Below, piece by piece: positions 1 to 14,562 of a DNA stretch of 64,000 bases. Source of the DNA: Octopus vulgaris. Its lineage: Eukaryota. Position 1 is the stretch's first letter; each line of letters begins with the position of its first letter. The translations under genes were made by a program, and so were the position numbers. The notes under the pieces were generated by a model. The model ran no database searches and was not told the origin of the DNA. It was given only the letters and a program-made list of their open reading frames with translations. The stretch is from positions 85,746,001 to 85,810,000 of the forward strand of contig OX597820.1 of NCBI GenBank assembly GCA_951406725.2, read 5' to 3'.

Positions 1-590
1 CGAGCTTAAATAACATATTTCCATAAATGCATAATTAAAGGCGACAGTTTTGCTGAAAATGTATTTTATGGAAAACAAACCAGAGTTTTAAAAATTATAT
101 TGAAACCTTATGAAACCATTCTATCGTTCCTCCTTACATAATTAGAACTCCTAATCCTCTCGGGCTGGGAGTTCTAATTATATCGTAAAATTAAAGAGAG
201 CAGTTATTTCCAGCCATTATGTTTGCGCATGGATAATTGTACGTAGCTATGTCAAGATTTATATGTTACAAGTTGCCAGCATTGAGCAAGTTACAGTTTC
301 CCGATTTTGTTTTTGATTATTATAACATTGCGGTACTTAATTTTGGTTTATAGCTGCTGTATATTTAAATCTCCATTTACCTTCCAATTCATCATCATCT
401 GCATCAGCATCAGCATTATCGTCATCATCATTATCATCATCACCATCAACACAGCTGATGCTACTGAATTTTTACCCAAACAATCAGTTGTGAAATACAG
501 CTCATCGATGAAAGTCATGGTTTACTACTACTGCTACCAAGCCTAATTCAAACAAAAACGGAGGGATATTCCTCTTCGAACAATGGCATA

Positions 591-652
<62 letters not shown>

Positions 653-653
<1 letters not shown>

Positions 654-870
654 GTTTACTTGTTTCAGTCATGTACTATGGCCATGCTGGAGCACCGCCT
701 TTAGTCGAGCAAATCAACCACAGGACTTATTCTTTGTAAGCTTAGTACTTATTCTATCGGTCTCTTTTGCCGAACCGCTTTGTCACGGGGGCGCAAATAC
801 ACCACCATCGGTTGTCAAGCGATGTTGGGGGGGGGGCAATCACAGACATACAAACATAGACATACGTACA

Positions 871-932
<62 letters not shown>

Positions 933-998
933 CATATATACGGCGAGCTTCTTTCAGTTTCCGTCTACCAAATCCATTCAGAAGGATTTGGGCCGCCC
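653..998 (-). mobile_element. tRNA-derived SINE (family A, internal TA/CA microsatellite), 5'-truncated
   Basis: Reverse complement matches the copy at 14353-15265 (GGCGGTGCTCCAGCATGGCCA...TGACTGAAACAAGTAAA tail; GGATTT(G/A)GTAGAC...AACTGAAAGAAGC). Confidence 0.8.
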
Positions 999-1102
999 TC
1001 TATTTATCTACTCGTGAAGTAATTCAATCGTGAATTTCATCACCCACAACATGGACAAAGTTTCGTCTTAAGAAAAATACATATTCAAATAAGTAAAACA
1101 TA

Positions 1103-1137
1103 ATACCATGAATAGCGATAGCGAAACCGGTCGATAT
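1103..1137 (+). ncRNA. Minimal type I hammerhead ribozyme motif, A3-U8 core variant
   Basis: ATACC-ATGAATA-GC GATA GC-GAAA-CCGG-TC-GATAT; palindromic ACCGGT stem III; GUC site; about 58 nt upstream of (TA)n. Confidence 0.6.
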
Positions 1138-1190
1138 ATTAAAAATCATATTAAAACTATGTAAGTGCGCATATTTTCCTTTTTTAATTT

Positions 1191-1252
<62 letters not shown>

Positions 1253-1354
1253 ATCCAAACAAGAAAACACAGAAAAAAGGAGAAAAAAAACACAGCAACG
1301 CAGGACGTGGAACAATTAAAGTATTATTGACGCTTAGGAAAGAAGGGAAGGAGG

Positions 1355-1389
1355 GTATAACGTTTCGAGCGGAGCTCTTCGTCGGAAAC
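1355..1389 (-). ncRNA. Minimal hammerhead motif (U4C variant) in Penelope-type terminus 1248-1412
   Basis: Minus strand GTTT-CCGACGA-A-GAGC TCC GCTC-GAAA-CGT-TA-TAC; palindrome AACGTT; the fragment is flanked by (TA)n on both sides. Confidence 0.6.
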
Positions 1390-1404
1390 AAGGAGAAGGA
1401 AAGA

Positions 1405-1463
<59 letters not shown>

Positions 1464-1730
1464 CATATTTCACACAAGTACTCATACAGTCTACGTGCAT
1501 AGAATCACACGCGCACCCACACATATAGTCAACAAAGATTGCAGAATTCCTATCGCAGTTCCAGTGACACTACTATCAAAACTGTGGATGGCATCAGGTA
1601 GCCATGGGCAGTGAAAATGCTTTAAGCGGCATACTACTAGGTAAATACCCCAAGTTTTAATAATTACATAGACATAAACACACACACTCACACATATATA
1701 TTTATGTGCGTGTATATATGTATATTTACA

Positions 1731-1791
<61 letters not shown>

Positions 1792-2540
1792 ATATATATA
1801 TATACATACATACACAGACATGACAGAAATGAATAGACATCCCATAAAACGCCGTCAATAAATTGGGTCAATGAGTTCCTTACAAATTTTCCGAATCTAA
1901 TCGCGCTCATCAGGTCTCACGAATGAAGTATTTTAGGACCGAAGAGTGACTGGTAACGAGAAATAGGGTCTCTATAAAACTTTCAAGTACCGAATACAGT
2001 AGGTAGGGTGAGGAGAAACACAAGCGCCCCAGACTAAAGGTCTCCACCCACGTAAGGTGTTATTATCTATTTAGTCTGATATGATATGGTTAGTCCGCTT
2101 TCAACTTTTAAACCCAAACCAAACGATAACAAAGAGATCTACTACGAGCAACTTCAGCGGCTTAAGTCAGCGCTAGAAGGAAAACGACCATATTTGGTCT
2201 CAAAACGAAAGGTGTTCCTCCATCACGATAATGTTCGCCCACATACTTCGAGGATGACTTTCCAAAAGTTGGAGCAGATTCTATGGAAAACGATGCCCCA
2301 CCCACAATATTCGCTGGGCATTGCCCTATCTAGTTATCCTTTATGCTGCAACCTTCAAAATCATTTAGCCGCACAAAATATGAATTCTGTAGACGACGTC
2401 AGAAGTGTACTGGGGGAATATTTTTAGTCACGGACAAGTGAATTTTGAAGAAGTGGGATTGCAAGTCTACAAGATAGATGGAAGGGCATTGTAGAAAATG
2501 AAGGAGAATATATTTTAGATTAAAAAAGAATTGTATTAAT

Positions 2541-2823
2541 ATCTGTTGTGTCTGGGGAGAGTCATTTTCTTTTTGTGCCTTATTATTTAACACACTCACC
2601 GGTTAAATTTCCACTTTTCTTTATTTTTATTGTCCTAAAATTTTCGTTGCCTTTGCAACCTTTTCAATAGTTTTGACTCTATTTGAGAGTCAAAACTATT
2701 TTACCGGTGAGAGTGTTAAATAATAAGGCACAAAAAGGAAATTACTCTCCTCAGACACAACAGAATATGCTTCAACACGCGAACTCATAAAGAATCTTGC
2801 AAACCAAATCCAAAAACGAAATT
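2541..2823 (-). mobile_element. Non-coding fold-back Penelope-type terminus with hammerhead, inserted in mariner
   Basis: 62-bp inverted repeat 2542-2603/2703-2764; 15-bp hairpin 2666-2700; possible TATTAAT target duplication at 2534-2540/2824-2830. Confidence 0.7.
2635..2670 (-). ncRNA. Minimal hammerhead motif, U3-A8 core variant
   Basis: CTA-TTGAAAA-G-GTTGC AAAG GCAAC-GAAA-AT-TT-TAG; palindrome AAAATTTT. Confidence 0.65.
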
Positions 2824-2895
2824 TATTAATTTCAATTTTGAAAAATAAAGAAATATATAAAGAAAGTCATTTATGAGATAACCCAATACATATAT

Positions 2896-3085
2896 CCTTT
2901 TACTATAGGCACAAGGGTTGAAATTTTGGAGGAGGTAGGGCCAGTCGATTACATGACACCAGTACACAACTGGTACTTCATTTATCGACCCCGAACGGAT
3001 GAAAGGTAAAGTCGACCTCGGCGGAATCTATGATCAGAACATAGTGGCAGACGAAATACCTCTAAGCAAACGATTCTGCCAGCCA
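2896..3085 (-). mobile_element. tRNA-derived SINE (family B, Meta-like central domain)
   Basis: Minus strand GCCGAGGTCGACTTTACCTTTCATCCGTTCGGGGTCGATAAATGAAGTACCAG; repeated many times in the window. Confidence 0.8.
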
Positions 3086-3520
3086 TTATGCAAAGGTGTC
3101 GTAAGTTCAAAACGTTTCTTTTTCAGAGAACGAAAACTAGTTTCACCATTCATGGAAAAATCGTCGTACTACGCTTTGACAATTTTTGATATATTGGCAT
3201 CTGAAGCAGCCGGAAATACGATACTTTGATCAAAAGAACCGGCTATTGCATTGCAAGCAAAAATATATATTGAACAAAACGCATTTGGCCAACACACAAT
3301 AGTTTAACATAATAGCAACGAATTTATATATGTGTTTGTATGTGCCTAAATGTGTGTGTGTGTGTATGTATGTATGTATGCATGGATGGATGGGTGGATG
3401 TATGTATGTATGTATCTTTGTATATGCATATATATGTGTCTGTGTGTGCGTGTGTGTGTCTGGGCGCGCGCTGGTTTGTGTGCATGTGTGTGTATATATA
3501 CAGAGAAGTGTGTGTCTGTC

Positions 3521-3560
<40 letters not shown>

Positions 3561-4974
3561 CGAGACTGAGAAAAAGAGAAAGGTTGTACCAACCACGCAT
3601 CAGTGTAATGGTGTTTTTGTATTCCAGGCACTTGATTATGGTGAAGTTACTATAGAACAATGATTCCTAGTACCGACTGCAAGAACTCCCAATTAACTAT
3701 TATTACAGCATAATTGAGGAGTTTCCGGTGCAAGTTCCCAGTATCCATTATTAATTCATTCATCGTCCTGCTTGCACAATATACATTTAAGCAAATGCAC
3801 CGAGTGAGACATCTAAGTAAATAATGAGGATTGGCAACAACAGCCGTCAGTAGACTTTTATAAAAGATAAAAGACTTACTTTTCACTTTATACTGCTTGA
3901 AGGAAACATTATAGAAAATATGTTGACGTATTTACGATCAATTCTATTGACTTACAGTATATTAGTTCATATCTAATGCAGTATATAAAGCAAGTTCCCT
4001 CAATAATTAATAGTGTAATATCTCGCTGACATTAGCATAACTCCTATTTTAGTACATGCGCATGTGTCTTCGTTATTAGGATATGTGTGCATTTGTGAGT
4101 GTTTGTGCATATAAATGTTTTAGTATGTGTGCAAGAATATTTGACCATTTGTCTGTTTCTGTATGCTAAACAAGAATTTCGCGAAAAGAAGACTTTATTA
4201 CTACCAGCACCGAAATGAATGTTATATGGCAGCTAATTTATGCGTGTGTGTATGTTTGTGTGTGGTGCCTCTGTGTGTTTGTGTGCTTTTTTCTCATTCC
4301 TTCGTTCAGCTTATGACCTTAATCAGTAAAAAATTCTTGTCACAGCAACTAGCCAACGAGAATGTCATCAGATTTCCTTACCAAATTGACCCGCAGAAAT
4401 AGATTATGTATTCCTGTGAAGTATAGGGTTACGGTTGTTGATTATATATATTATTCAAGTAAAGGAAATCGTTCCTTGATCCGCTTATAAATGGATGTAA
4501 GCAAGTCTGGAATATTAATAATATCGTTTCACAACAGAGGATTTTGTACAATTCCATTAAGATAAAGTTCGCTGTATCTTATCATATTTTCAGGTGCAGT
4601 AATATAGTGTAATCGAAATTCGAATGGCATAACATTTTTGGATGCTACTAAAGCGCAAATATGCATAACAAGTGATTTCAGACCGTAATAATTTTATCCC
4701 TGGATTCTTAAATAGGAAAAGAACATTCTTCGCTCTGCACTTTGAAAGGAAACCGATGATATCCTGCCTGAGGATGGATCAAAACTTGAATCTCGAGCTC
4801 ACATTTTTCTGTTCATCAAATTCATATTAACAATTATTGTCAATCTGTTTTATATCACAGCCAAGGCATTCTAATATTTCCAATATTCCAAACTGCCTGC
4901 GTCACCCAGAGTTATGCATATAACATATTACACACACACACACACACATTCCGCACTACATACATATATACAAG

Positions 4975-5320
4975 CATATGAGTAGCTACGTGGTAAGAAT
5001 TTGCTTCCCAACTGCATGGTTTCAGGTTCAGTCCCACTGCGTAGCATCTTGGGAAAGAGTATTTTACTATAGCCCAAACACTGAGGGCATTTGCAAGCTG
5101 AAAGTTAAAAGAAGCCCGTTGCATGTGTGTGTGTATGTGTGTGTATATATATGTGTGTATGTATATATATGTGTGTGTGTATGTGTGTGAATGTTTGTGT
5201 ATGAATATATGTCTTTATGTCTGAGTTTCTCACCCACCGCCGCTTGACAAACGATGTTGGTGTCTTTGGGTTCCCGTAAATCTATACAATCACTACCAGG
5301 CTGTAAATAAAGTACTGGTG
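4975..5320 (+). mobile_element. SINE family A, decayed
   Basis: GTGGTAAGAATTTGCTTCCCAAC...GGTTCAGTCCCACTGCG head (A/B-box-like); CGCTTGACAA body. Confidence 0.75.
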
Positions 5321-5938
5321 GCTATGTATGCTCGCATTAGTGTATGTATTTATCTACGCATGTCAAACCAGGCATTATCCTCACACTTCTGGGGAAAAGT
5401 GTTCCACTAATAACTACATAACTTCGTAATCTCTTTGTCATAATAACTAAAAACTTCATAATCTATTTGTTATTCTACACCTTACTTGGGTCTTCTGTGT
5501 CAGCCATTCAAATTTCCTCCGTCATGATGTCGAAAGTGATTTGTCAGATTCTTGAATACAGCTCCGTTCCATTCCCTCTCTCTTTCCCCCCTTTTTTCTC
5601 TTCTCTCTCTCTCTCGTTTTCTCTCACACACACTCATAAATATATTTGTATGTGTGTTTGTGTCAGAAACCAAGGATCGTGGTGTAGGAAGAATGTTAGC
5701 TTCAAGCAAACTGTAGGAAATATAAAAAGCAACTTTCAGGAATAATGGTTGTTTATTAAAGCAGAAGATTGTAGATTTTTTCTGCATCGAAGTATGGTAA
5801 GATGAAAAAAATTAATGTATTATATTTCACGGTCGGAACGGATGGTTGCTAGGTTTAAGAATAGAATACAAGAGGTAAGGATATAGTAGATAATATCTGG
5901 GCTATTTATGGCTCCTTAGCTCTTGTATGTATATATAT

Positions 5939-5968
<30 letters not shown>

Positions 5969-5971
<3 letters not shown>

Positions 5972-6231
5972 GGCGCGTGGCTTAGTGATTAGGGGTATTC
6001 GGCTCATGATCGTAAGGTCGTGAGTTCAATTCCCGGCGGCGCGTTGTGTCCTTGAGCAAGATACTTTATTTCACGTAGCTGGCAAAAATGAGTAGTACCT
6101 GTATTTCAAAAGGCCAGCCTTGTCACACTCTGTGTCACGCTGAATCTCCCGAGAACTATGTTAATGGTACACGTGTTTGTAGAGTGCTCAGCCACTTGCA
6201 CGTTAATTTCACGAGCAAGCTGTTCCGTTGA
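5969..6231 (+). mobile_element. tRNA-derived SINE (family C)
   Basis: TGGCTTAGTGATTAGGG (A box), GAGTTCAATTCCC (B box), GTTGTGTCCTTGAGCAAG; second copy at 36501-36812. Confidence 0.8.
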
Positions 6232-6236
6232 TATAT

Positions 6237-6683
<447 letters not shown>

Positions 6684-7452
6684 TTAATGCAGTCTCTAAA
6701 GAAACTACTGGTATAAATTAAAAGAAAAATGTTAAAGTGGAGATTGAAACTATATTGTAAACTTATACGTGTGAAATTTACTTCTTTCTCAAACTTGATG
6801 GCCAGTACATAAAACAGCATAATTACAACTTCCTTCTAAAACTGATTTTACCGTTATATTTGTTGAAATCCCATAGGAATATAGAATTACCAATCTAGTA
6901 AGTTACTAATTCATTTCAAAGTATCTCTGACCTTTCAAGCACTGTAAGTTATTTCACAGCAATATTAACACAGCAAAATATGAAAACCAAGAAGAAAAAA
7001 ACATGCCTTGTACCATTCCTTTTGCGTGTCTGTCAAATCGAATAGCAAATGTAAATAGATTACTTTTGGAGAAAATATACAGAATATTGATTAATGCGAA
7101 AAGGAAATTTCCCTCTTTCCACACATGCAATTCTGGCAACAGTCGACCTTAAAAGCAAGTAAGCTAGTAGGAAATACCGTGACTTAATCACCTATTGAAA
7201 AATTGATGCTAATATTTTATCTGATGAGGGATTCAAAATGAGGGGAGCAGTCACAGATTGAGGAAATGTTAATTTGTGGTAGAATTATCACTTAAAATGC
7301 AGCTGAATATCAAGAATAAGGCATTATTCCTATTTTAAGGAGAATACTGACATCAAATATATATGTATATATATGCACAAAAATTATATAGATATGCGCT
7401 TGTGCATGTTCAATATATGTGTGTGTATCTATGTATGTTTATATATATATAC

Positions 7453-7522
<70 letters not shown>

Positions 7523-8844
7523 ATGTCTGAGTATCCACAAATGCGGTTGCATTCACATAAAAATGTGCGTGTTTAAATCCATGTGAGCGTGCGTTTATTT
7601 CTGTGCGTGTATCACAAAATATCTCAGAATGCTATACTCTCAGTGACTGAGTGAACCAGCAGTTTGAAACGAATAGATAACGCCCACTTTATGTATTTAA
7701 TTCTCTATTTCCTGGTTGTACATTCCTACGCATGCATATATGATGATAAATTTATATAAAATTTTACTTTGCAATTGCGATGATCCGAGACATCTCGTTG
7801 AAATACCTTTCACCATAGCTTTCAATCGAACCAAACATTGCAAGATAAGTAGAGCATTGGAAAACCGTGCTGAAATACATCAGACTGGGTGTATATATTT
7901 TTCATACGTCAGATATAGTCGCACTCTGTGTTACCCTATTTCCAGAGCCACGATATTTCAATGCTTTATAACGTAGTGATATCCATCTACCGTTGACTGC
8001 TTTGAGAATTATTAACAATAGAAGGCGGCCTAATTGATATTGCAGATTTCTTCTGGATATAATTTTTCATCAGCTACTCGATAGATAAAATAGTCAAGAA
8101 ATGCATCAGAGACTTCCTTATCCACTAGATATTTTTTGTTACACGCATCCATGTCACTTGTTGGAACGTTTAAACCAACTCTATTATTACATTGCCAAAG
8201 TAGTTCTAGTACTTGATGAGCATTTTTAGCTTGTTCTTACACGAAATCCGTTGACATTACACGTTCACGAATGAAATACTTAAACCATGTGGTCAGTAAT
8301 TTACCGAAACTTGAATATATTCCGCTTTCTTTTGAGTTCCATAAGCACACTTTTTTCTTGCCTCCGCCGCCCTCTAAGAAGTGCAGTGATTTAATTACAG
8401 TATGCTAAGTTCTAGTTGAGGATATTTATGGAGAGAACCAAAGATGTGTACATGTTTTTGTTTGTTTGCAGAAATCCATGATTTTGGTGAGCGACGCGGT
8501 TTGAAGAACTGTACTGTATTTTGGACTTGGGTAGCGGAAGAAATGTTCTGATAATTTCTACAGAGGATGCCATACGGTACCGGGTTAGGTATAAGGAACA
8601 TATTTCAGAATAGACGTGAGAAAGAAATATTCTGAAAATTATAGACACTATATAATTAACGGTATATGGCTAAAATATTAAAATTGAAATTCCAGAATGT
8701 TTAGTAGAAATGGATTACTTCGCAAAATTATAATGTAAGGTTTCATGTTTTAAATTGAAAATCCTCAGTGTAATGTTATAATTAGCATTTTGTCTTTGAA
8801 AATGATATATCAATGAACAATCCTGTTTCGCTGTTATAACATTG

Positions 8845-8875
<31 letters not shown>

Positions 8876-8954
8876 AGTGTGTGATTCTTTGTGTGTATGT
8901 ATTGCGATGGTTTTTGGTAAGCAGCGTCGATCTTCACAAATCTGTAAATAATGA

Positions 8955-8985
<31 letters not shown>

Positions 8986-9096
8986 AATGGCGGTGCCCCA
9001 GCATGGCCACAGCTCATTAGCTGAAACTAGAAAAATCAAAATCAAAATCATATATATGTATGTATATATATGTGTGTGTATGTATGTATTTCATAC

Positions 9097-9129
<33 letters not shown>

Positions 9130-9371
9130 CATATACACACACACACGCACACACACACACATATATATATACGTCGTGAAACTATTAAAAGTGAAGCAAT
9201 ATAAGCGTGAAACTATTTATAATTGTTACTTCATCGAAGGTTTCACTGTTATTCTTCGTGTTTTGAAATGTAATACGAAACCAGTGCCAACGTTGCATTG
9301 TTGTAATCCAACGAATTACATGTTGGCACAATCGGGATCTCAAAATATTAACATGTATATATGTATATATA

Positions 9372-10226
9372 TCTATATATATATATAGAAACGCAAGTTG
9401 TCTGTTTGGATGTCTGATTTTATGTTTGTGTGTGTCAAGTTGCCATCTACACCGGTTAACGAATTTTCGTGAAATTTTGCAAATATCTTAAAAAAACATC
9501 CAATTTGCTACTAGTTCCGTTAAGTTTAATAAAAAAAACTATTATTGGATGGCTGGAGCCCCTGGAACATATATAACCAATATGTTTTCCTTTAACAGCG
9601 AAGGGAAATAACACAATCATTTTCGTAGTCAAGAGAAACAACCCATTCATTATCCTTTGATTACCCTAAATACTATCAAGCTCAACGTTAATGATCAAGG
9701 GATGGAAGTTGACAACAGGTGCATCGTGCGCTACAACCCATTGCTGTCTAAAACATTGCAGACTCATGTTAATGTTTAGTCATGCAACTCTATAAAATGT
9801 ATGAAATATGTATGTAAATACATCAATAAGGGCTCAGATATGGCGGTTTGGGACTTGACCATCAGGGCAGGCAGGCAGATGAAATACAGCAATATAAGTT
9901 GGGCAGATTTATTTCCCGTAACGAAGTATTCTAAATCCACGTACAGCTAACAACAGTGGTAAATCTATCTGTACATGTTGAAGATGACCAGCGTGTTGAA
10001 AATGACCAGAAGACAATGATCGAAACGTTGTTCTGAATCCACCAGCAACAAATTTGACAGCTTTCTTCAAATTGTGCCAATGTGATCTGTTTGCCCGAAC
10101 ACTGTTGTATGTTGAGATTCCTTTGTACTATACCTGGGCACACATTAGATAGAATAGACTAATGACCGATAGAATAAGACTGCACGCCCGCAGTCAAAAG
10201 ACTGAAGCAAGTAAAATAATAAAAGA

Positions 10227-10298
<72 letters not shown>

Positions 10299-10442
10299 AT
10301 GTGTGTGTGTGTGTACGCAGAGAGACAGCGGGAGAGAGATAGCAGGAGAGAGAGAGAGAGAAAGATATAAAGATATGAAAAATAAAGATAAAACCATGTT
10401 TATATAATAGTCCCTATTACGTGTGTTCGGGAACTACAATAG
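9372..10442 (+). mobile_element. Helitron, internally deleted, with RepHel remnant at about 9670-10143
   Basis: Manual translation: VDNRCIVRYNPLLSKTLQTHVNV*SCNSIKCMKYVCKYINKGSDMAV; DEIQQYKLGRFISRNE; PPATNLTAFFKLCQCDLFARTLLYVEIPLYYTW. TC-start and decayed 3' end are tentative. Confidence 0.85.
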
Positions 10443-10554
10443 TTTTTTTTCTCCAAATGCTCAATCACAACGGACATTCAGGGAACATTTTATTGTATTA
10501 AGTTGAATAAAATTATGTCCAAATTTATATAACTGGTGTGGTATTTTGTGTGAT

Positions 10555-10794
<240 letters not shown>

Positions 10795-11532
10795 AAATAG
10801 TTAGGTAGATATTAGGGGTTCACAGGTTCTAATTCAAGTACTAATTCCATAATAAGTTTTCCTTTAATCGAATTTTTGTAAATATTGCAACATAGTAAAC
10901 GAAACTTTAAATCTGGTATATTCCTATTCATGATACAAATGCATTCATGCACATGCATTTGTGTATATATTTAAATGTATGTATGAATATCTATCTATAT
11001 ACTTATACATTCATTGATGGGAATATGTACACGGTTATAAGTGTAGACAGATAAATATAAATATTGTGTGTGTGTGTGTGCAAATACACAAACACGCATA
11101 CACAAGCACGCACACACATATGCAAACACGAATACATGTATGTAGGTGTGTCCATATACATATATATTTTGGGTAGGACAAGTAAGTACATATAAACATA
11201 TACGTTTTACGTTGCATCTCTACCTGAAGTGAAATAGATTAAGAATGAAAATCAAATTGTGAAAATTTCTTTGTTTTAGCCATTTAGATTGTTTTCGTAT
11301 TTCTTCACAATTCTGTAACATTCATTTTGATATAAAAGATTTATTTCTATAGTTATTCTCTCTTACAGGTTAATTTTTTCACTTCCATTTTACATCCATT
11401 TAATAATATATTCAATTTCTTCTCCGTTAAATGTAATTCTGAGACAATATACTTTTACTGCCATTATGTCTGCAAAATATTTTCTTGCTCAAACAATTGT
11501 GTTTTTTTTTACAGAGTCGATGGTAATATTGC

Positions 11533-11538
11533 AATAAC

Positions 11539-11605
<67 letters not shown>

Positions 11606-11625
11606 GCAACAACAACAACAACAAC

Positions 11626-11676
<51 letters not shown>

Positions 11677-11809
11677 TAGAAGAAGAATAAGAAGAAGAAG
11701 GAGAAGAAGGAGAAGAAGAAGAAGAAGAAGAAGAAGAAGAAGAAGAAGAAGAAGAAGAAGAAGAAGAAGAAGAAGAAGAAGAAGAAGAAGAAGAAGAAGA
11801 AGAAGAAGA
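11533..11809. repeat. Compound (AAT)n/(AAC)n/(AAG)n microsatellite
   Basis: Direct inspection. Confidence 0.98.
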
Positions 11810-12224
11810 ATTTCTACAATAGGCGCAAGGCCTGAAATTTAAATGGAATGAGTAAGTGGATCACATTATAATTTAACCAAAACTTGTGTCGGATCAGAGG
11901 AAATATTAACGTTGAAAAATAGTAGTGAAAAAATGAAAATAATAATATCAGTGATGATAATAATAGTAATGAAAGGAAACAGTTGGAACCTCCCTATGCT
12001 CAAATTGATGGTACATCTAGTGATGGTGTCACAAGAAAAACACTGGTAAGTGCGCAACCAGATAATCGCTACCTCATATGAGTGACAAAGTAAAAGTGAA
12101 ATATTGTGAATAAAGATGGTAATGAAACTGAAGCCCTTCAATGTGACAGTGTTACACTCGGTTTGCTCAGAGATCCTGGTCCGACTCCACCCTGCCGTTA
12201 TCCAGCTAGAATCCAGCACACACA

Positions 12225-13835
12225 ACGTAGATGGAACAAACAAATCAATGTTGTGGTCATGAAGTGTTACTACCTGAGCAAACCGTAGACGAAAATGTTC
12301 ATCTTAGGGGATACCGATAACGTATCTATGATCAATGGAGAGAAAGAGGATTGTTTCAACTCACAGAACAGAGATTATGTGATCATGCTAGAGCAATAAG
12401 TAAAAAATCGGTGGTTCACAGAATTAGAGCTCGAAGCTATCAAAAGCCGGGTATTGGAAAACAGTAGCAGACAAAACTATGAAAATTCTGTTCCTAGTGA
12501 TTAAAGTAATCTCATAGTAGAGGACAGAGGTGAAATCTCTAATAAACCACAGGAAAGGAAAGGTGATTGCTTGCTCGATGAGAGACATATAGATGGTCTG
12601 GAAGAAGACAATAAAACTAATGGTGACATGACAGATGGGCAAAAGTCAATCGATAACAGAATAAAAGCAAGGCTACAGGAGAACGATAGCGACATTATTT
12701 GCAACCTTGAACAGGTTGATCGGTGAAAATTAAACTAAGGAACGAAAATAGTGAATCTAATTCTGAAATACGTCAGAATAAAAAAAATCATCACAGAAAC
12801 TAGTAATTTGATCAAGGCAGCAAGTATTCTTGTGGCAGAAAATATAATAGGAGTGACAAAAGAAAAGATCCATGGTGTAAAAGAAGAATTCAGGTGGGGT
12901 TACATATGCTCTCGACTGACATTTCTGTCTTAGACCAAAAAGGATAGGGGGTGCTTAAAATCGAACAAAAGTACAGGGTAATGAACAGGAAGTATAATAT
13001 TGAAAGAAAGAGCTTCAAAGTAATAATGGGGGAACTGAAACAGCGCCTCGTTGCAAAGAAAGCAAAGATGGTAAGATACGACCGAAGAATGGAAGGATAC
13101 CAGCGGAACGGATAATTCAGAATCGATCAGAAGAGATTCTACAAAGAAATAAATGGAGAGTGTACAGATGAAAAGATGGTACCATACAACATTGAAAGTC
13201 AAAGGTTTTGGAGTGACATATGGAGCAAATAGAAGGAGCACAAGAAGGATACTGAATGATTGCAAGAACTGTAACAAAAGTAGTCTATCAAAAAGAAGCA
13301 GAAATAGTTAACAGAAATATGGGAGAAGTTTATGGATATTCAAGGGGACTGCCTATCCCCACTGATCTTTGTACTGTGCATGATACCACTAACACTGAAT
13401 CTGAGGAAAGCAAAAGCTGGGTATGTATTCAAAAGCCGCCAACAAGATGTCAACCACTTGTTATTCATGGATGAAATCGAACTTTAAGGTAATGATGAAT
13501 TCCAAGCCAGTTCCCTCGTTTCTACGGTGTATACTTTCAGTGTTGATACCAGAATAGAGTTTGGACTGAAAACGTGTGGTGTGTTAGTCTTGAAGAGAGG
13601 CAAAATGAAGTGTATGGATGGGCCACCGATACCATCGAGGGAGGTTATGTAGCAGATAGAAGTGACAGGCTATATGTACTTGGGGATTTTGGAAATGGAT
13701 AAATTGATGGAGAAGGAAATGATAGAAAAATCAAAGGTGCAGTACTTGTGCAGGCTGAGACTGATCCTGAAGTCGAAATTAAACGGACGGAATAACATTG
13801 AAACTATCAACACCTGGGCGGTTTCACTACTCAGA
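12225..13835 (+). pseudogene. R4/Dong-like non-LTR retrotransposon, N-terminal and RT remnant
   Basis: RWNKQINVVVMKCYYLSKP; EQRLCDHARAI; ELKQRLVAKKAKMVRY...FRIDQKRFYKEI; QGDCLSPLIFVLCMIPL; NHLLFMDEIEL; YMYLGILE; LKSKLNGRNNIETINTWAVSLLR; stops and frameshifts. Confidence 0.88.
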
Positions 13836-14352
13836 CCGGATTAGCGATTTTTTTCGAACGGGCGTTTACAGGGACAATCGTTACAAAAATGAAGAGAAAT
13901 AATAATAATAAAATAATAGAAAAGAAGAAAGGAAAGAAGAAACTGAGAAAGAAAATGAGAGATTGAAATGAATGATCCAGTCGATAATTGTAGTGTAGAG
14001 GAACTTATGATCAAAATGCATCACCAAATATAGCTTGACAGATATTGAGAAAAAAGAAATGAGGAAAATTTTAATGAAGAAAAGTTGTGAAGGTGCTGTG
14101 ATTGTTTCGTGAAATATCAATATTGGCTTCGTGTGCGTATGTGAAAAAGAGAGCGAGTGGTAGAGAGGTAAGTACGTGTGTGTGTGCGCGCGCGTGGGTG
14201 CGTGCGTCCGTGTGTGTGTGTGGGTGGGTGTTTGTATATATGTACTATTTATATAAAGTACATTTGATGCGGAACTTGAATAAAATTAGAATATTTACTA
14301 ACTAAGATAGAAACACGAATGAAATTTTACATTTCAATTTTCATTACATATA

Positions 14353-14514
14353 GGCATAGGAGTGGTTGTGTGGTAAGTAGCTTGCTTACTAACCACATGG
14401 TCCCGAGTTCAGTCCCACCGCATGGCACCTTGGGCAAATGTCTTCTATTAAAGCCTCGGGCCGACCAAAGCCTTGTGAGTGGATTTAGTAGACAAAAACT
14501 GAAAGAAGCCCATC

Positions 14515-14562
<48 letters not shown>

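Larger units (their letters stand above)
1945..2888 (+). mobile_element. Mariner (D,D34D) transposon remnant, interrupted at 2541-2823
   Basis: ORF 2086-2427 LHHDNVRPHT...MPHPQYSLGIALSSY; VTGNEK at about 1948; right TIR-like CATTTATGAGATAACCCAATA; same family as 52570-53460. Confidence 0.9.

Noticed and set aside
138-181. 14-bp hairpin ATAATTAGAACTCC/GGAGTTCTAATTAT
   Set aside because: Real but isolated; no ribozyme core or family could be assigned.
1876-1918. Minus-strand CTGATGA...GAAA ATTTG TA hammerhead-like motif
   Set aside because: Stems I and II pair poorly; at best a decayed copy.
8460-8500. Possible splice acceptor TTTGTTTGCAG followed by GTGAG
   Set aside because: No supporting coding signal; such motifs are common by chance.
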